NCBI GenBank assembly: GCA_017460915.1
Contig: JAFUAA010000049.1
Span: 18,547 to 82,546 of the forward strand
Direction of reading: 5' to 3'
Length of the DNA stretch: 64,000 nucleotides
Source: Bacteroidales bacterium
GTDB lineage: Bacteria; Bacteroidota; Bacteroidia; Bacteroidales; F082
Numbering within the stretch: position 1 is the first letter of the stretch; each line of letters starts with the position of its first letter. The translations under genes were made by a program, and so were the position numbers. Of the stretch, positions 1 to 9,761 are shown one piece after another. The notes under the pieces were generated by a model. The model searched no databases, was not told where the DNA came from, and saw nothing but the letters and a program-made list of their open reading frames with translations.

Positions 1-1
1 C

Positions 2-2167
2 TTGGTGTATGCCTCGGAGCGCGACGGCTATTGGAACCTCTATCAGGCCAGCATTGAACGGAAGGAAGACTATAACTTCGCCTACGCCACCTTGATTGAC
101 GAAAAGCCTTTGTTTGAAAACGATGGCGTGGAGCGCATTGCGCCCAGTTTTTCGCCCGACGGCAAGGAGATTGCTTTCATTGAGAATCGCAACATATTGA
201 AAGTCTATAATATAGCGACCAAGCAAGTGCGGCAAATCACCGATGGCAACCAACATTACGATACCGACGATTACGGTTTTTCCTACGAGTGGTCGCCCGA
301 TGGCCAATGGTTTGCCCTGACGCTGATTTCGCATATGCGCGACCCCTATTCCGACATCGGCATCGTGAAGGCCGATGGCTCGATGAAGATTTACAACATC
401 ACCGAGAGCGCCTACATCGACGGCAGTCCGCAATGGGTTATGGATGGCAATGCAATCATCTATCGTTCAAATCGTTATGGAATGCGTTCCCATGCTTCGT
501 GGGGCAGCCAAAACGATGCTTGCATTGCTTTCCTCAATCAGGAGGCTTACGACAAATTCCGCCTCAGCAAAGAGGAATATGCCTTGTTGAAGGAAACCGA
601 GAAGGTCGGCAAGGACGAGAAAAAGGACGAGCCCAAAGAAAAGAAAAATGACAAGAAGAAAGGCAAGAAGGACGAGAAAAAGGAGAAAAAACCCAAGGAA
701 ACCAAGAAAATAGAAGTGGATTTGGAGCATTTGCAGGACCGCGTCATTCGGCTGACGCCCATGTCGTCGAGCTTGAGCGGCATGGCGCTTTCGGGCGATG
801 GAGAGAAGTTCTATTTCATGACTTCGTTTGAAAAAGGCTACGACCTTTGGGAACTCGATGTGCGCGAAAAGTCAATGAAGATCTTGAAGAAGATGGGGCA
901 AGGTGGGGCGCAGCTGAAGGTGAAAGGCGACAATATTTTCCTGCTTTCGGGCGGCAATATACAGAAAATCGACAAGGGTGGCAAGTCGACACCTATTAAA
1001 TATGACGCCACGATGCAACTCGATTTGGCCGAGGAGCGCGAGTATATGTTCGACCACGTCTTCCTGCAAATCGAGAAACGCTTCTTCATGACCGACCATC
1101 ACGGCGTGGATTTGGAGATGATGAAGGAAGCCTATCACCCGTTCTTGGCACATATCAACAATAACTACGATTTCTCGGGGATGCTGAGCGAAATCCTTGG
1201 TGAGCTGAATGTTTCGCACACGGGCTCGGGTTATCGTCCATCGGGCAAAGGCGATGCCACGGCTGAGTTCGGCGTTCTCCTCGACCTCGACTACAAAGGT
1301 GACGGCCTGAAGGTGGCTGAGGTGGTGGAAGGTAGTCCTTTCGACAAGAAAAACTCGAAGGTACAAGCAGGTTGCATCATCGAAAAGGTTGACGGTGTGG
1401 AGATTACGAATGGAATGGATTATTATCCCTTGCTCAACAACAAGGTCGGAAAAACCGTCCTCGTGACGGTCAAGGACGGCGGCAAGACTTGGGACGAGAT
1501 CGTGAAGCCCATCAGCCATGGCGCGATGAACGAGCTACTGTACCATCGTTGGGTAAAGCACAACGAGGAGACGGTCAAGGAATTGTCAAAGGGTCGTTTG
1601 GGCTATGTTCATCTTCGTAGCATGGGCGACGCCAGCTATCGTGATGTGTATTCGCAGATTTTGGGTAAGTACAACCTTTGCGAAGGTATTGTCATCGACA
1701 CGCGTTTCAACGGCGGCGGCCGTCTGCACGAGGACATCGAAATCCTCTTCAGCGGCGAGAAATACCTCGAACAAGTCATCAACGACAGTGTGGCCTGCGT
1801 GATGCCTTCGCGGCGCTACAACAAGCCCTCGGTGATGCTCATCGGCGAGGCCAACTACAGCAATGCGCACGGCACGCCTTGGGTCTACAAGCACAAGCAC
1901 ATGGGCAGCCTTGTCGGAATGCCCGTGCCTGGCACCATGTCGAGCGTGACTTGGGAAACCTTGCAAGACCCATCCTTGTATTACGGCCTGCCCGTCATCG
2001 GTTATCGTACCGAGCAAGGCAATTGGTTGGAAAACACCCAGTTGGAGCCTGACGTCAAGGTGCGCAATACGCCTGAGAAAATGGCCGCTGGCGAGGACGA
2101 ACAGTTGGAGGCTGCCGTCAAGGAACTGCTGAAGGAATTGGAGGATTTCCATTATTGGGGAAAATAA
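2..2167 (+). CDS. Tricorn-type protease homolog, C-terminal ~720 aa (beta-propeller, PDZ, S41 peptidase); 5' end outside the window
   Basis: ORF open to window edge; TolB/WD40-like repeats (SPDGKEIAF, WSPDGQWFA), PDZ-like block, S41 motifs (GYVHLRSMGD, IDTRFNGGG). Confidence 0.75.
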   Translation: MVYASERDGYWNLYQASIERKEDYNFAYATLIDEKPLFENDGVERIAPSFSPDGKEIAFIENRNILKVYNIATKQVRQITDGNQHYDTDDYGFSYEWSPDGQWFALTLISHMRDPYSDIGIVKADGSMKIYNITESAYIDGSPQWVMDGNAIIYRSNRYGMRSHASWGSQNDACIAFLNQEAYDKFRLSKEEYALLKETEKVGKDEKKDEPKEKKNDKKKGKKDEKKEKKPKETKKIEVDLEHLQDRVIRLTPMSSSLSGMALSGDGEKFYFMTSFEKGYDLWELDVREKSMKILKKMGQGGAQLKVKGDNIFLLSGGNIQKIDKGGKSTPIKYDATMQLDLAEEREYMFDHVFLQIEKRFFMTDHHGVDLEMMKEAYHPFLAHINNNYDFSGMLSEILGELNVSHTGSGYRPSGKGDATAEFGVLLDLDYKGDGLKVAEVVEGSPFDKKNSKVQAGCIIEKVDGVEITNGMDYYPLLNNKVGKTVLVTVKDGGKTWDEIVKPISHGAMNELLYHRWVKHNEETVKELSKGRLGYVHLRSMGDASYRDVYSQILGKYNLCEGIVIDTRFNGGGRLHEDIEILFSGEKYLEQVINDSVACVMPSRRYNKPSVMLIGEANYSNAHGTPWVYKHKHMGSLVGMPVPGTMSSVTWETLQDPSLYYGLPVIGYRTEQGNWLENTQLEPDVKVRNTPEKMAAGEDEQLEAAVKELLKELEDFHYWGK

Positions 2168-2313
2168 AGATGGCCTATGGCAAATGGCGCATGGCAGCTT
2201 GATAAGAAGGTAACAGTCATACTTCTATTGAAGCTGCCATAGGCCATAGTCATAGTCAAAAAAGGCAATTTTTGCACGATTCTTGCGTTAACTTGGAAAA
2301 AAGAACCTATTCC

Positions 2314-3342
2314 ATGCAAGTGCGTTTACACCTTATCCTATTATTGGCCTTTTTTGGTCTTACAGCCTCTGCTCATACATTGGTCGAATACGACGGCTAT
2401 TTCGAAGTGGAGCATTCGTGGAAGTTCAAAGGGAAGGAATGCAGCATCACGTTGAATATCAGCACTGATTTGTATGATTATTACCGCAACGACCGAGAGC
2501 ATTTGGCTTATGTCTACAAGTTCAATGAGGATGAGATGCCGCCCAATTACTACAGTTTCATGCTCTCGGAGCATGACCGTCCCTTGATGCGGGCTTTGGC
2601 CAACGAGTTTAGCCATTACGCGCATTCTGAGAAGGACCAAATTGAGTTGGCGCTCAGTTTTGTGCAGTCGTTGCCTTATGCGTTTGATGCTGATTCGAAG
2701 CATGTGGATGAATATTTGCGTTATCCAGTCGAGACGCTTGTGGATGGCTGCGGCGATTGCGAAGACAAGGTGGCTTTGCTGGTGGCCTTGCTTTATGAGA
2801 TGGACAAGGATTTCGTTTTGCTGGTCTTGCCCGAGCATATGGCGCTTGGCGTGCATTGCGATGAGGTGGAGTCCAGCCGTTTTCTGTTGTTCCATGGCCA
2901 ACGCTACTATTATATGGAAACCACGATGCCCAATTGGCAAATCGGGCAGATTCCAGAGGATTATCGCTCTGCTGAGATAGAGGTAATCCCCGTTGACGAT
3001 ACGCCCAGTTTGCTCATCAAAGGCGTTCACTTCGAGTCGCAGTCGACTTTCGTCTATGAAAAAGCGAACTGCACCCTTCAGGTTGATTTGCACAATCTTG
3101 GCCCTGGACAAGTGACGGATTTGGAACTGGTTGTGCGTGTCATTGAAAAAGGGAAAAACCGTTTGCTGGCAGAGCAACACTATTCGCTCAACAATATGCG
3201 GGAGGGTGAGTTGCGCACCGAAACGCTGTCGCTCAAGAGTCTGATTCGGGAAAACAGCATCCTGCAGGTAGAACTTTCGGGTGCTGAGGTCGCGCCACAG
3301 TATTACGAGATGGCTTTGGACTACAAAAAGGTCAGGAATTGA
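2314..3342 (+). CDS. Secreted transglutaminase-like / cysteine-protease-fold protein
   Basis: Start moved to the internal ATG that gives signal peptide MQVRLHLILLLAFFGLTASA; GCGDCEDKVALLVALL ... HMALGV Cys/His arrangement. Confidence 0.5.
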   Translation: MQVRLHLILLLAFFGLTASAHTLVEYDGYFEVEHSWKFKGKECSITLNISTDLYDYYRNDREHLAYVYKFNEDEMPPNYYSFMLSEHDRPLMRALANEFSHYAHSEKDQIELALSFVQSLPYAFDADSKHVDEYLRYPVETLVDGCGDCEDKVALLVALLYEMDKDFVLLVLPEHMALGVHCDEVESSRFLLFHGQRYYYMETTMPNWQIGQIPEDYRSAEIEVIPVDDTPSLLIKGVHFESQSTFVYEKANCTLQVDLHNLGPGQVTDLELVVRVIEKGKNRLLAEQHYSLNNMREGELRTETLSLKSLIRENSILQVELSGAEVAPQYYEMALDYKKVRN

Positions 3343-5958
3343 TTACTCCACCACTATCTCGTCCATGAAAATCCACGAATCGTAACCGCTTCCAGGCAAG
3401 CCTTCGGGAATCAGGCCGGGATTTTTCACCACGATGCGCAAGTAACGGGTTGAAAGGTTAGGCATTTCAAAACGCTCGCGGAAGGAGTGATTACCTTTCA
3501 ATGGTGTCTCAGTCGCGACGGCGAAAGTTTTGTTGGGCTTGTAGTTCTTGCCATCATTGGAAGTGTATACTTCAACTTCGTCAGGGCGCAGAATCCAGTC
3601 GTGGGCATTGACCAAAAAGCCGATATTCAGTGCGTTGACCTTGGTCGATTTACCCAAATCGATTTCGATGTCGGCATCGATGCCGTAAAACCCTTGCCAA
3701 TGGCCGTCCTTGTAGTCGTCGCTGCCGAGGGTGCCGTCAACGAGGGCGCCATCGCCGCCGCCCGAATATTCGGGGCGGTAGTTGCCTGCCGGACTATTGA
3801 GCTGCTTCAACTTGCCCATCGCTTTGTGATAGTAGAAATAGCGTTCGGCGTTTATGGCTTCGCCCAATGCGTTGAAGCAGGCCGCTTTGACGAGGCAAGG
3901 TCGTTCCAAGACAATGGGTTTTTGATAGACAGAGTCGTTGGCTGTGACTTCTTTCCCATCAATAGTGTAATGGATTTCCTTGTCGGCAAAAATGGTCCGC
4001 AGAATGATGGTAGCCCTGCCTTGGCTATCGCTTGCGGATTCGATAAAAGGAAGATATTCAAGCTGTTGCAACTCTCGTGCTACATCATCGTATTTCTTCA
4101 TGTTGACATCCAGCCAATAGGGGCGGCTTTCGATGTTCCACACTTTGACGTATTCTTTTTTCAATTGTTGAAGGTGCCATAGCAATCCGTTAATCATGTG
4201 TCGACTAGATTCAACATTTTCCTCTGTGGGATCTTGAAATGTTTTGTAGAATTGACAACGAGCAACATTGCGGAGGGCGCACCATTTCATCCTCATAATC
4301 GAATAGATGGCATTGTCTATCATACCCTTGTTTTTTTCGATTTTTCCGACTGTAGCCCAGTATTCAATTAGGTCTAAATGATCCAGCTTTTCATATAATA
4401 ATTGGTTGGCCTTCCTAGTGGAATCTGTGATTTGAGATGGGTAAAATGGGGTAATATGTTCAGTCAATGCGCTAAACTTCCCAATGTCGTCGATTTTGGA
4501 TATTTCGGAGATGCTGTCAAGAATTTTGAGTATCTTGTCGGAGGTGCTTCCAAAGAAATGGTTAGTAAAGTTGGCATCGATATTGCGCTCAGCCGTCGAA
4601 ACAGCGTTCCAACTCATCTCGGCACCATACGCGAGACCATATAATGCACTGTTAATCAATGACTCGCCGAAGTCGTCCCAGCAGGTGTTGATGACACCGA
4701 GTGCACCGTTTTTGTAACCATCGCGGCAGAGGTTGGTGATGTTGGACTGAAACTCATAGTGTTTCGGCCACACCCTTTCCGAAAGGCTCATGCCTGGGGC
4801 AACGAAAAACTTGTGTCCCGAATTGACGTAGGGCTTCAGGAAGTCGTTGAAGTCGTCCTTGACCACATAACTCCAGGCGATGAGGAAAATGTCTTTGTCC
4901 AGATTTTCAAGGATTTCGGGATGCGAGTCGGCGATGTCGCCCCACATCATCACGCGCTTGCGATAAGGGCGCAGCATTCGGTTGACGCGGTTGATATGCT
5001 TGTAATATGCCGTCGTGGCTCCCACGGAATCGACATAGGCTTTGGCCAAACCTTGTCCAAGGCTTTCCGTCTCGTCGCAGTTGATGTTGAAATACGGTGA
5101 TTTATAGGCCCTTGCTACCTCGCGAAGATGGTCTTCGAGGAATTTGTAGGTCTCTTCGTTGGCGGGGTTGAGGTTCCATTTGGTGTCGGCCAGGTGGCTG
5201 TAGAACGGGTTGCACAGAATCTCCTCAAAATGTCCGAAACATTGTTGGTTTCCAATGATTTGAATGTGGAAGGGACGGCAAAAGTCCTCCAGCTCCTTGA
5301 TTTCCTCGGCGGTGAAGGAACCATCGGGCGAAATGTCGGGGTGACATTTCGTCTTGAAGGTGTGCTCGGTGTAGAGCGAGAAGGCGTTGAGTTTACACTC
5401 AGCCAGTTGCGGGATGAGGCGCTTCAGATACTCCATCTTGACGATGGGACCTCGGCTGATGTCATCTTGCCAGGCGCGAATCTTAAAATTGGGCCAGTCG
5501 GTGATGTCCATGCAGGGCAGGCTGATGTCGCCATTGCCGTTCAGCGCGGCGTAGCGGAAGAGTTGTTTCAGGCTTTGGGTGGCATAGAAGAGTCCCGTGT
5601 TGGTGGTGGCTTCCATCCGGATGGAGTTGCGGCTGATGCTCATCCTGTAGGCTTGGTCCTCGTTTTCGCTCACGCCGAGGTGGTCGGTCTTGACCATCTC
5701 GATGAAATGCCTGCCCTTGACCACGCTGCGTGAAAACAAGGTCTTCTTCGGACTGATTTGTTCCAAGTCCTGCTTGAGCATGGTCACGATTTGGCTGATT
5801 TCGGCATCGGAGGCATCGTAGGTCAGCACGACGCTTTCGTCCCAAACGAATTGACCCTCACGCGTTTCGACTTGTTGCGGGGTGGGGAGGATGTGGGTGT
5901 TTTGCGCCGAGGCGGAAAATCCCAAAAAACAGAAGATGAAAAGGAATTTGACTCTCAT
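3343..5958 (-). CDS. GH20-family beta-N-acetylhexosaminidase-like glycosidase with C-terminal F5/8 type C (discoidin) domain
   Basis: Start set at signal peptide MRVKFLFIFCFLGFSASA; N-terminal ILPTPQQVETREGQF block; TIM-barrel region with adjacent Asp-Glu (NINCDETE); discoidin-like C-terminus. Confidence 0.6.
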   Translation of the reverse strand: MRVKFLFIFCFLGFSASAQNTHILPTPQQVETREGQFVWDESVVLTYDASDAEISQIVTMLKQDLEQISPKKTLFSRSVVKGRHFIEMVKTDHLGVSENEDQAYRMSISRNSIRMEATTNTGLFYATQSLKQLFRYAALNGNGDISLPCMDITDWPNFKIRAWQDDISRGPIVKMEYLKRLIPQLAECKLNAFSLYTEHTFKTKCHPDISPDGSFTAEEIKELEDFCRPFHIQIIGNQQCFGHFEEILCNPFYSHLADTKWNLNPANEETYKFLEDHLREVARAYKSPYFNINCDETESLGQGLAKAYVDSVGATTAYYKHINRVNRMLRPYRKRVMMWGDIADSHPEILENLDKDIFLIAWSYVVKDDFNDFLKPYVNSGHKFFVAPGMSLSERVWPKHYEFQSNITNLCRDGYKNGALGVINTCWDDFGESLINSALYGLAYGAEMSWNAVSTAERNIDANFTNHFFGSTSDKILKILDSISEISKIDDIGKFSALTEHITPFYPSQITDSTRKANQLLYEKLDHLDLIEYWATVGKIEKNKGMIDNAIYSIMRMKWCALRNVARCQFYKTFQDPTEENVESSRHMINGLLWHLQQLKKEYVKVWNIESRPYWLDVNMKKYDDVARELQQLEYLPFIESASDSQGRATIILRTIFADKEIHYTIDGKEVTANDSVYQKPIVLERPCLVKAACFNALGEAINAERYFYYHKAMGKLKQLNSPAGNYRPEYSGGGDGALVDGTLGSDDYKDGHWQGFYGIDADIEIDLGKSTKVNALNIGFLVNAHDWILRPDEVEVYTSNDGKNYKPNKTFAVATETPLKGNHSFRERFEMPNLSTRYLRIVVKNPGLIPEGLPGSGYDSWIFMDEIVVE

Positions 5959-6032
5959 GGATGGAAAATTTCTGCAAAGATAGCAACAAAAAGAATCAAT
6001 TTGCCACAAAAGTCGATAATTGATATGATGCG

Positions 6033-7134
6033 TTATTGTTGTAGCTTTGCTTCTTCCAACCGTTTCTCAATATGCGCAAAGATTTTCTTGTAGGCGGAGC
6101 AAAGGAAAGTCTTGCTGCGGAAGTCGCCTGACTTGAGGAAACCATCGTGGAGGCAACCGCCGTGGCAGATGTCTAACCATTTACAACTTTTGCAACTGCC
6201 TTTCTCAATGTATTCCGAACGCTTGTAGATTTCACTTTGCTTGATGCGAGGCAGTATTTCCGAAAGTGTTTCCTGGTGCAGGTTGCCGTATGAATATTGC
6301 AGCAAGTCATCATCGCAGAAGCGACCGCAGGGCATCACATCGCCAGTTGGGGCAATGGCAAGGAAATTGTCTTGACAATTCCTGCCGAACATGCAACCCG
6401 TGGTCTTTTTGGAAACGATGTTGCTGGCAATCTCCACGAAGTTGGATTCGGTGATTTCGCCTTGGTTGTCGTCTAACCACAAGTCGAATAGTTCTATTGA
6501 CATTTGGGCGTATTCCGCAGGCGTGATGCCGTATTCGTCCAAATGGTTGGAGGCCTCGCCTGCTGAAAACAAGGGGTTGAACTTGAAACTCAACTTGTTT
6601 TCTTTCATGAAGTTGTAGAGTTCGGGGATGTGGCCAATATGTTTCTTTCCTGCCACGACGATGCATCCTGGGCTGATGCCCTTCTCCCTGCAAAGCGCGA
6701 GTTTCGACATAATAATGTCGAAAGTGGGTTGGCCGTTGATGCCCACGCGTTGTTGGTCGTGGATGGCCTTGGTGCCGTCCAACGAAAAATCTGGGCGGAC
6801 ATTGTATTGCAAAAAGAGGTCGATGAATTCTTCCGTGACCAACGAAAGATTGGTTTGGATGCTGTTTTGGTAGTTGATACCTTCCAACTCCTGTTGCATG
6901 AAGGCGAAAATCTCACGGTAGTTGTCGATGCCCCACAGCAAAGGCTCGCCGCCATGCCAAATGAAGGTGACCTTTTGGCGCGGATGGGTTTTTCAGATAG
7001 TCCTTGATTTGAAGGACGATTTGCTTGGCAAAAGCAAGGCTGAACGTGTCCTTGTGGGTCTTGGTTTCGTTGCTCAAATAGCAGTATTTGCAACGGAAGT
7101 TACAGGAGTAAGTGGGTTTTAGGATGATGACCAT
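6033..7134 (-). pseudogene. Radical SAM / SPASM-domain maturase (anSME-like) with one frame break near 6940-6975
   Basis: ORF 6913..7134 carries CNFRCKYC (CxxxCxxC). ORF 6033..6941 carries the remainder, including SPASM Cys clusters (CMFGRNC..CGRFC, CKSCKWLDICHGGC). A one-base shift at the A-run (ccaaaagg) restores ..PKVTFIWHGGEPLLWGIDNY. Confidence 0.7.
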
Positions 7135-7141
7135 AATTGTA

Positions 7142-7330
7142 TTAACCGTTATCTGCCGCCTTTAAACTTTCACCTGGGGGAGAAATGATTTCTAATGATC
7201 GCCCGTCTTGCAACTTACCTTCTTCTATATGGTTTTTGGTATATGTTTGATAAAACAAACGAGTTACTCCGGTTCGATAGTTTCTTGCCTCAAAAACCGC
7301 AGTGACGAGAGTCGTTTCGTCTTCTCTCAA
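7142..7330 (-). CDS. Hypothetical 62-aa ORF directly upstream of the radical SAM gene (TTG start only, no internal ATG)
   Basis: ORF track; ends 8 nt before the radical SAM ATG; AT-rich context. Confidence 0.2.
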   Translation of the reverse strand: MREDETTLVTAVFEARNYRTGVTRLFYQTYTKNHIEEGKLQDGRSLEIISPPGESLKAADNG

Positions 7331-7358
7331 GAAGTCCCGTATTGTTAGTTTTTGATTA

Positions 7359-7880
7359 TCATATAATTTTTTTATCTCTTTTGAAGTTTTGTTTTTTTAT
7401 GCTTTCTTCAGTAATACGCATTGCCTCTATTACAAAAGTGTCGTATGGCCTAATTCGAACCTTGGACGAAGGATGAGACTTTTCATATTTATAGGAGTAG
7501 TACCTCCCGTATATCAAAGGATCCGCTTTACCACAAATAACAAGATCGTTTTTGTAATTACTTCTTTGATCTTTAGGTTTGTATGAAATGATAAAATTTG
7601 CCGAAACTATAATAACGTTTGACAGTCTATTATTGATTATTTTAATTCTGTAATTATTATCTTCATCCGAATGACTTATTTCATCACTAATACTTATTGA
7701 CGGTCGAGTGTTTTTATACATACGAAATAACCAAGATAGTACTCCGACAATAACACCAGATAATATACCAGAGCATAAAGCAGAGGCATTTTGTTCTATA
7801 AATGAAGTCACATTAAGAAATATCATAATAATCGCCATGACAATCATTATAATCATCGTATGGAGCCTCTGAATATTCAT
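7359..7880 (-). CDS. Hypothetical membrane protein (two N-terminal TM helices)
   Basis: ORF track; hydrophobic segments MIIMIVMAIIMIFL and ILSGVIVGVLSWLF; AT-rich island. Confidence 0.4.
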   Translation of the reverse strand: MNIQRLHTMIIMIVMAIIMIFLNVTSFIEQNASALCSGILSGVIVGVLSWLFRMYKNTRPSISISDEISHSDEDNNYRIKIINNRLSNVIIVSANFIISYKPKDQRSNYKNDLVICGKADPLIYGRYYSYKYEKSHPSSKVRIRPYDTFVIEAMRITEESIKKQNFKRDKKII

Positions 7881-7993
7881 CTCCGTATCCGAAATCCTGA
7901 AACCTCAAAAGCCTTTGCTTTTCTACTATTCGCTTTTGAATAGTCTCCTGCGCGAATGTTCTTGTACTCATATTGATGGACTTGATTACTGTA

Positions 7994-8415
7994 TTATTGC
8001 CATAGTTTTCTGACAATCATACCTTTAATAGTAAATGAAGTGTTTTTAGATGGCTCAGGATTACGATAATGAACAGCAGGTTCCACACACCTTATGTAAA
8101 CCTCTTTTGTCCCGTTTGCTTGCAACACAAGAGACTGAACAGAATTATAATCATATTCAAAGAGTACTGTTACAGTGAATGGGTTGTAATTCTTAAGTAC
8201 TGCATAGAGGCATTTGTAATACGAGTTCATACTTTCGAAATCCCATTTTATTTTTCCTTGGATTTCTACACCTCCTATATCTTCAGAAGAGCAAATCCCA
8301 TTGATGCTGTATTCTCAATCTTTGTTGGATGAATAATCTTGATTGTTGATGTTGACCTTCACATCTTGCCCATAGCAATAAGTGAACAATCCTGCGAAAA
8401 GCATTGCTGCTACCA
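7994..8415 (-). pseudogene. Decayed small secreted-protein gene
   Basis: The 78-aa ORF 7994..8230 stays open upstream in frame through a TGA at about 8315..8317. Further upstream, a signal-peptide-like stretch (..FAGLFTYCYGQD) is out of frame with the only ATG (about 8415). Confidence 0.3.
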
Positions 8416-8546
8416 TAAGAACCTTAAGTTAGACTTTTGTTTGAAGTTTTGAATACCGCAAAATTACACATAAACATTCCATTCCAGAAATTTACACCTA
8501 ACTCATTTTACCAATAAAACTGAATTGTTTTCCAACAAACACATAA

Positions 8547-8798
8547 CTAGAAGTTTGTTTTCTCACTCTCAAGATACTCCGAACAAGCCCTAAAGAAATC
8601 GCAATCCAACGCCTTGCTAATCTCAAAGAGCAGCGGCATGGTTACCCTCTTTTGGCGGTAGGTTTTGTAGATGTTTTCGGGAGTGCAATGCACTTGCTTG
8701 GCCAGCCAGGTGCCCGTGCGACCTTGACGGGCGAGTTCGGCTTTGATGAGTTGGCCGAGGTGGAAATTTGCTTGGTCTTTTTGGGATGCTTCTTTCAT
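8547..8798 (-). CDS. XRE-family helix-turn-helix protein (83 aa)
   Basis: Internal ATG start MKEASQ..; HTH segment GRTGTWLAKQVHCTPENIYKTY. Confidence 0.6.
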   Translation of the reverse strand: MKEASQKDQANFHLGQLIKAELARQGRTGTWLAKQVHCTPENIYKTYRQKRVTMPLLFEISKALDCDFFRACSEYLESEKTNF

Positions 8799-9064
8799 GG
8801 CGTAGGTAGGTTTTTGAGGTCGTTGCCCTTGCCCGAAATGCAATGAAAGAAAGCGCTCACCTTTCGTTTGATTGCTTACTAAAACTGAAGGCTCTGCAAA
8901 GCCGTTGACACTAATAAGCACGAAAAAGTTTGCGCCTAAAAAACGCAAACTTTCCGCTCGCTTATTCTCGTGTCTAAAAGTTTTGCAGATTTTAAGTTTG
9001 AGAACAAGAGCGTAAAGCCCTAAATTATAGTATGTTGTTTAATTCTTGATGATGGTTGTTCTTT

Positions 9065-9504
9065 TTATTCGTTAATTATCTGTTTAGCCCATTCGGGCAT
9101 TTCGTCCACATATCTTTTCGCGATTTTGCCGTCGGACAGGCGGATGAGAATCTGCTGCTCGGCATCATCGACGGAATTGTCATATAAATAGGTGCGGTCA
9201 ACCTTGGTGGCGATGTACTTGCAATTCAGCACGGATTTCTGGTAACGCGAAATGATTTTGGCAATGGGCACATCATGGCCGCCTTCCAAAACCCGTTTCG
9301 CAATTCTTGATGCATTGATAATGGGTGAGTTTGTGCAGACAAAAAACACACGAACAAAGAATCCTGCTTCCTTGGCTCTGAGAATGTACTCGACCTTGTC
9401 AACCGCCGAAAGAGGTGAAGGATTTTGCTGGTTACGGAGGTCTTTCCGCTTCCGTTGGGACCCGCAATCACAATCAATACCGGTTTTTTGCCTTTTTCAA
9501 CCAT
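9065..9504 (-). pseudogene. Zeta-toxin / AAA-like kinase remnant (frameshift plus internal deletion)
   Basis: The N-terminal frame has Walker A (VIAGPNGSGKTS). The C-terminal frame has AKEAGFFVRVFFVCTNSP..RVLEGGHDVP..RYQKS. The two frames join after only about 30 codons, so the central part of the domain is missing. Confidence 0.55.
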
Positions 9505-9683
9505 TAGTTGTTCCCGTATTGCTTTTGGTACATTTCTCCGATTTCTTGGAAATAGCGTTCAATGGCTTTGGAATACTTTTCCTTGGCTTCCTCCGCCACT
9601 TCCCGCATGATATACGCCAGCATCTCGTCGGTGGGTTCTTCCATCGAGGTCAGGCGGTAAGCGTTGATTTCCTTCTCTGACAT
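9504..9683 (-). CDS. Small acidic protein (59 aa) in antitoxin position upstream of the toxin remnant
   Basis: Last 59 codons of the long shadow ORF 9504..10502 starting at MSEKEINAYRL; its stop overlaps the toxin start. Confidence 0.35.
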   Translation of the reverse strand: MSEKEINAYRLTSMEEPTDEMLAYIMREVAEEAKEKYSKAIERYFQEIGEMYQKQYGNN

Positions 9684-9761
9684 GGTTCGAGATTTGTTTT
9701 CAACGGCAAAAATACTGATTTTTTCGATAAAACCACTATCTTTGCGCAAAATTCTAGGACT

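Noticed and set aside
2168-2271. Long imperfect inverted repeat after the protease gene (atggcct..atggcagctt.. / ..aagctgccataggccat) considered as a mobile element
   Set aside because: It is a single copy in the window with no coding capacity. It is most simply a terminator-type hairpin, and there is not enough evidence for more.
8315-8317. In-frame TGA in the small secreted-protein gene considered as selenocysteine or stop-codon recoding
   Set aside because: The same gene also has a frameshift near its start and lies in a decaying AT-rich island. A simple nonsense mutation is the parsimonious reading.
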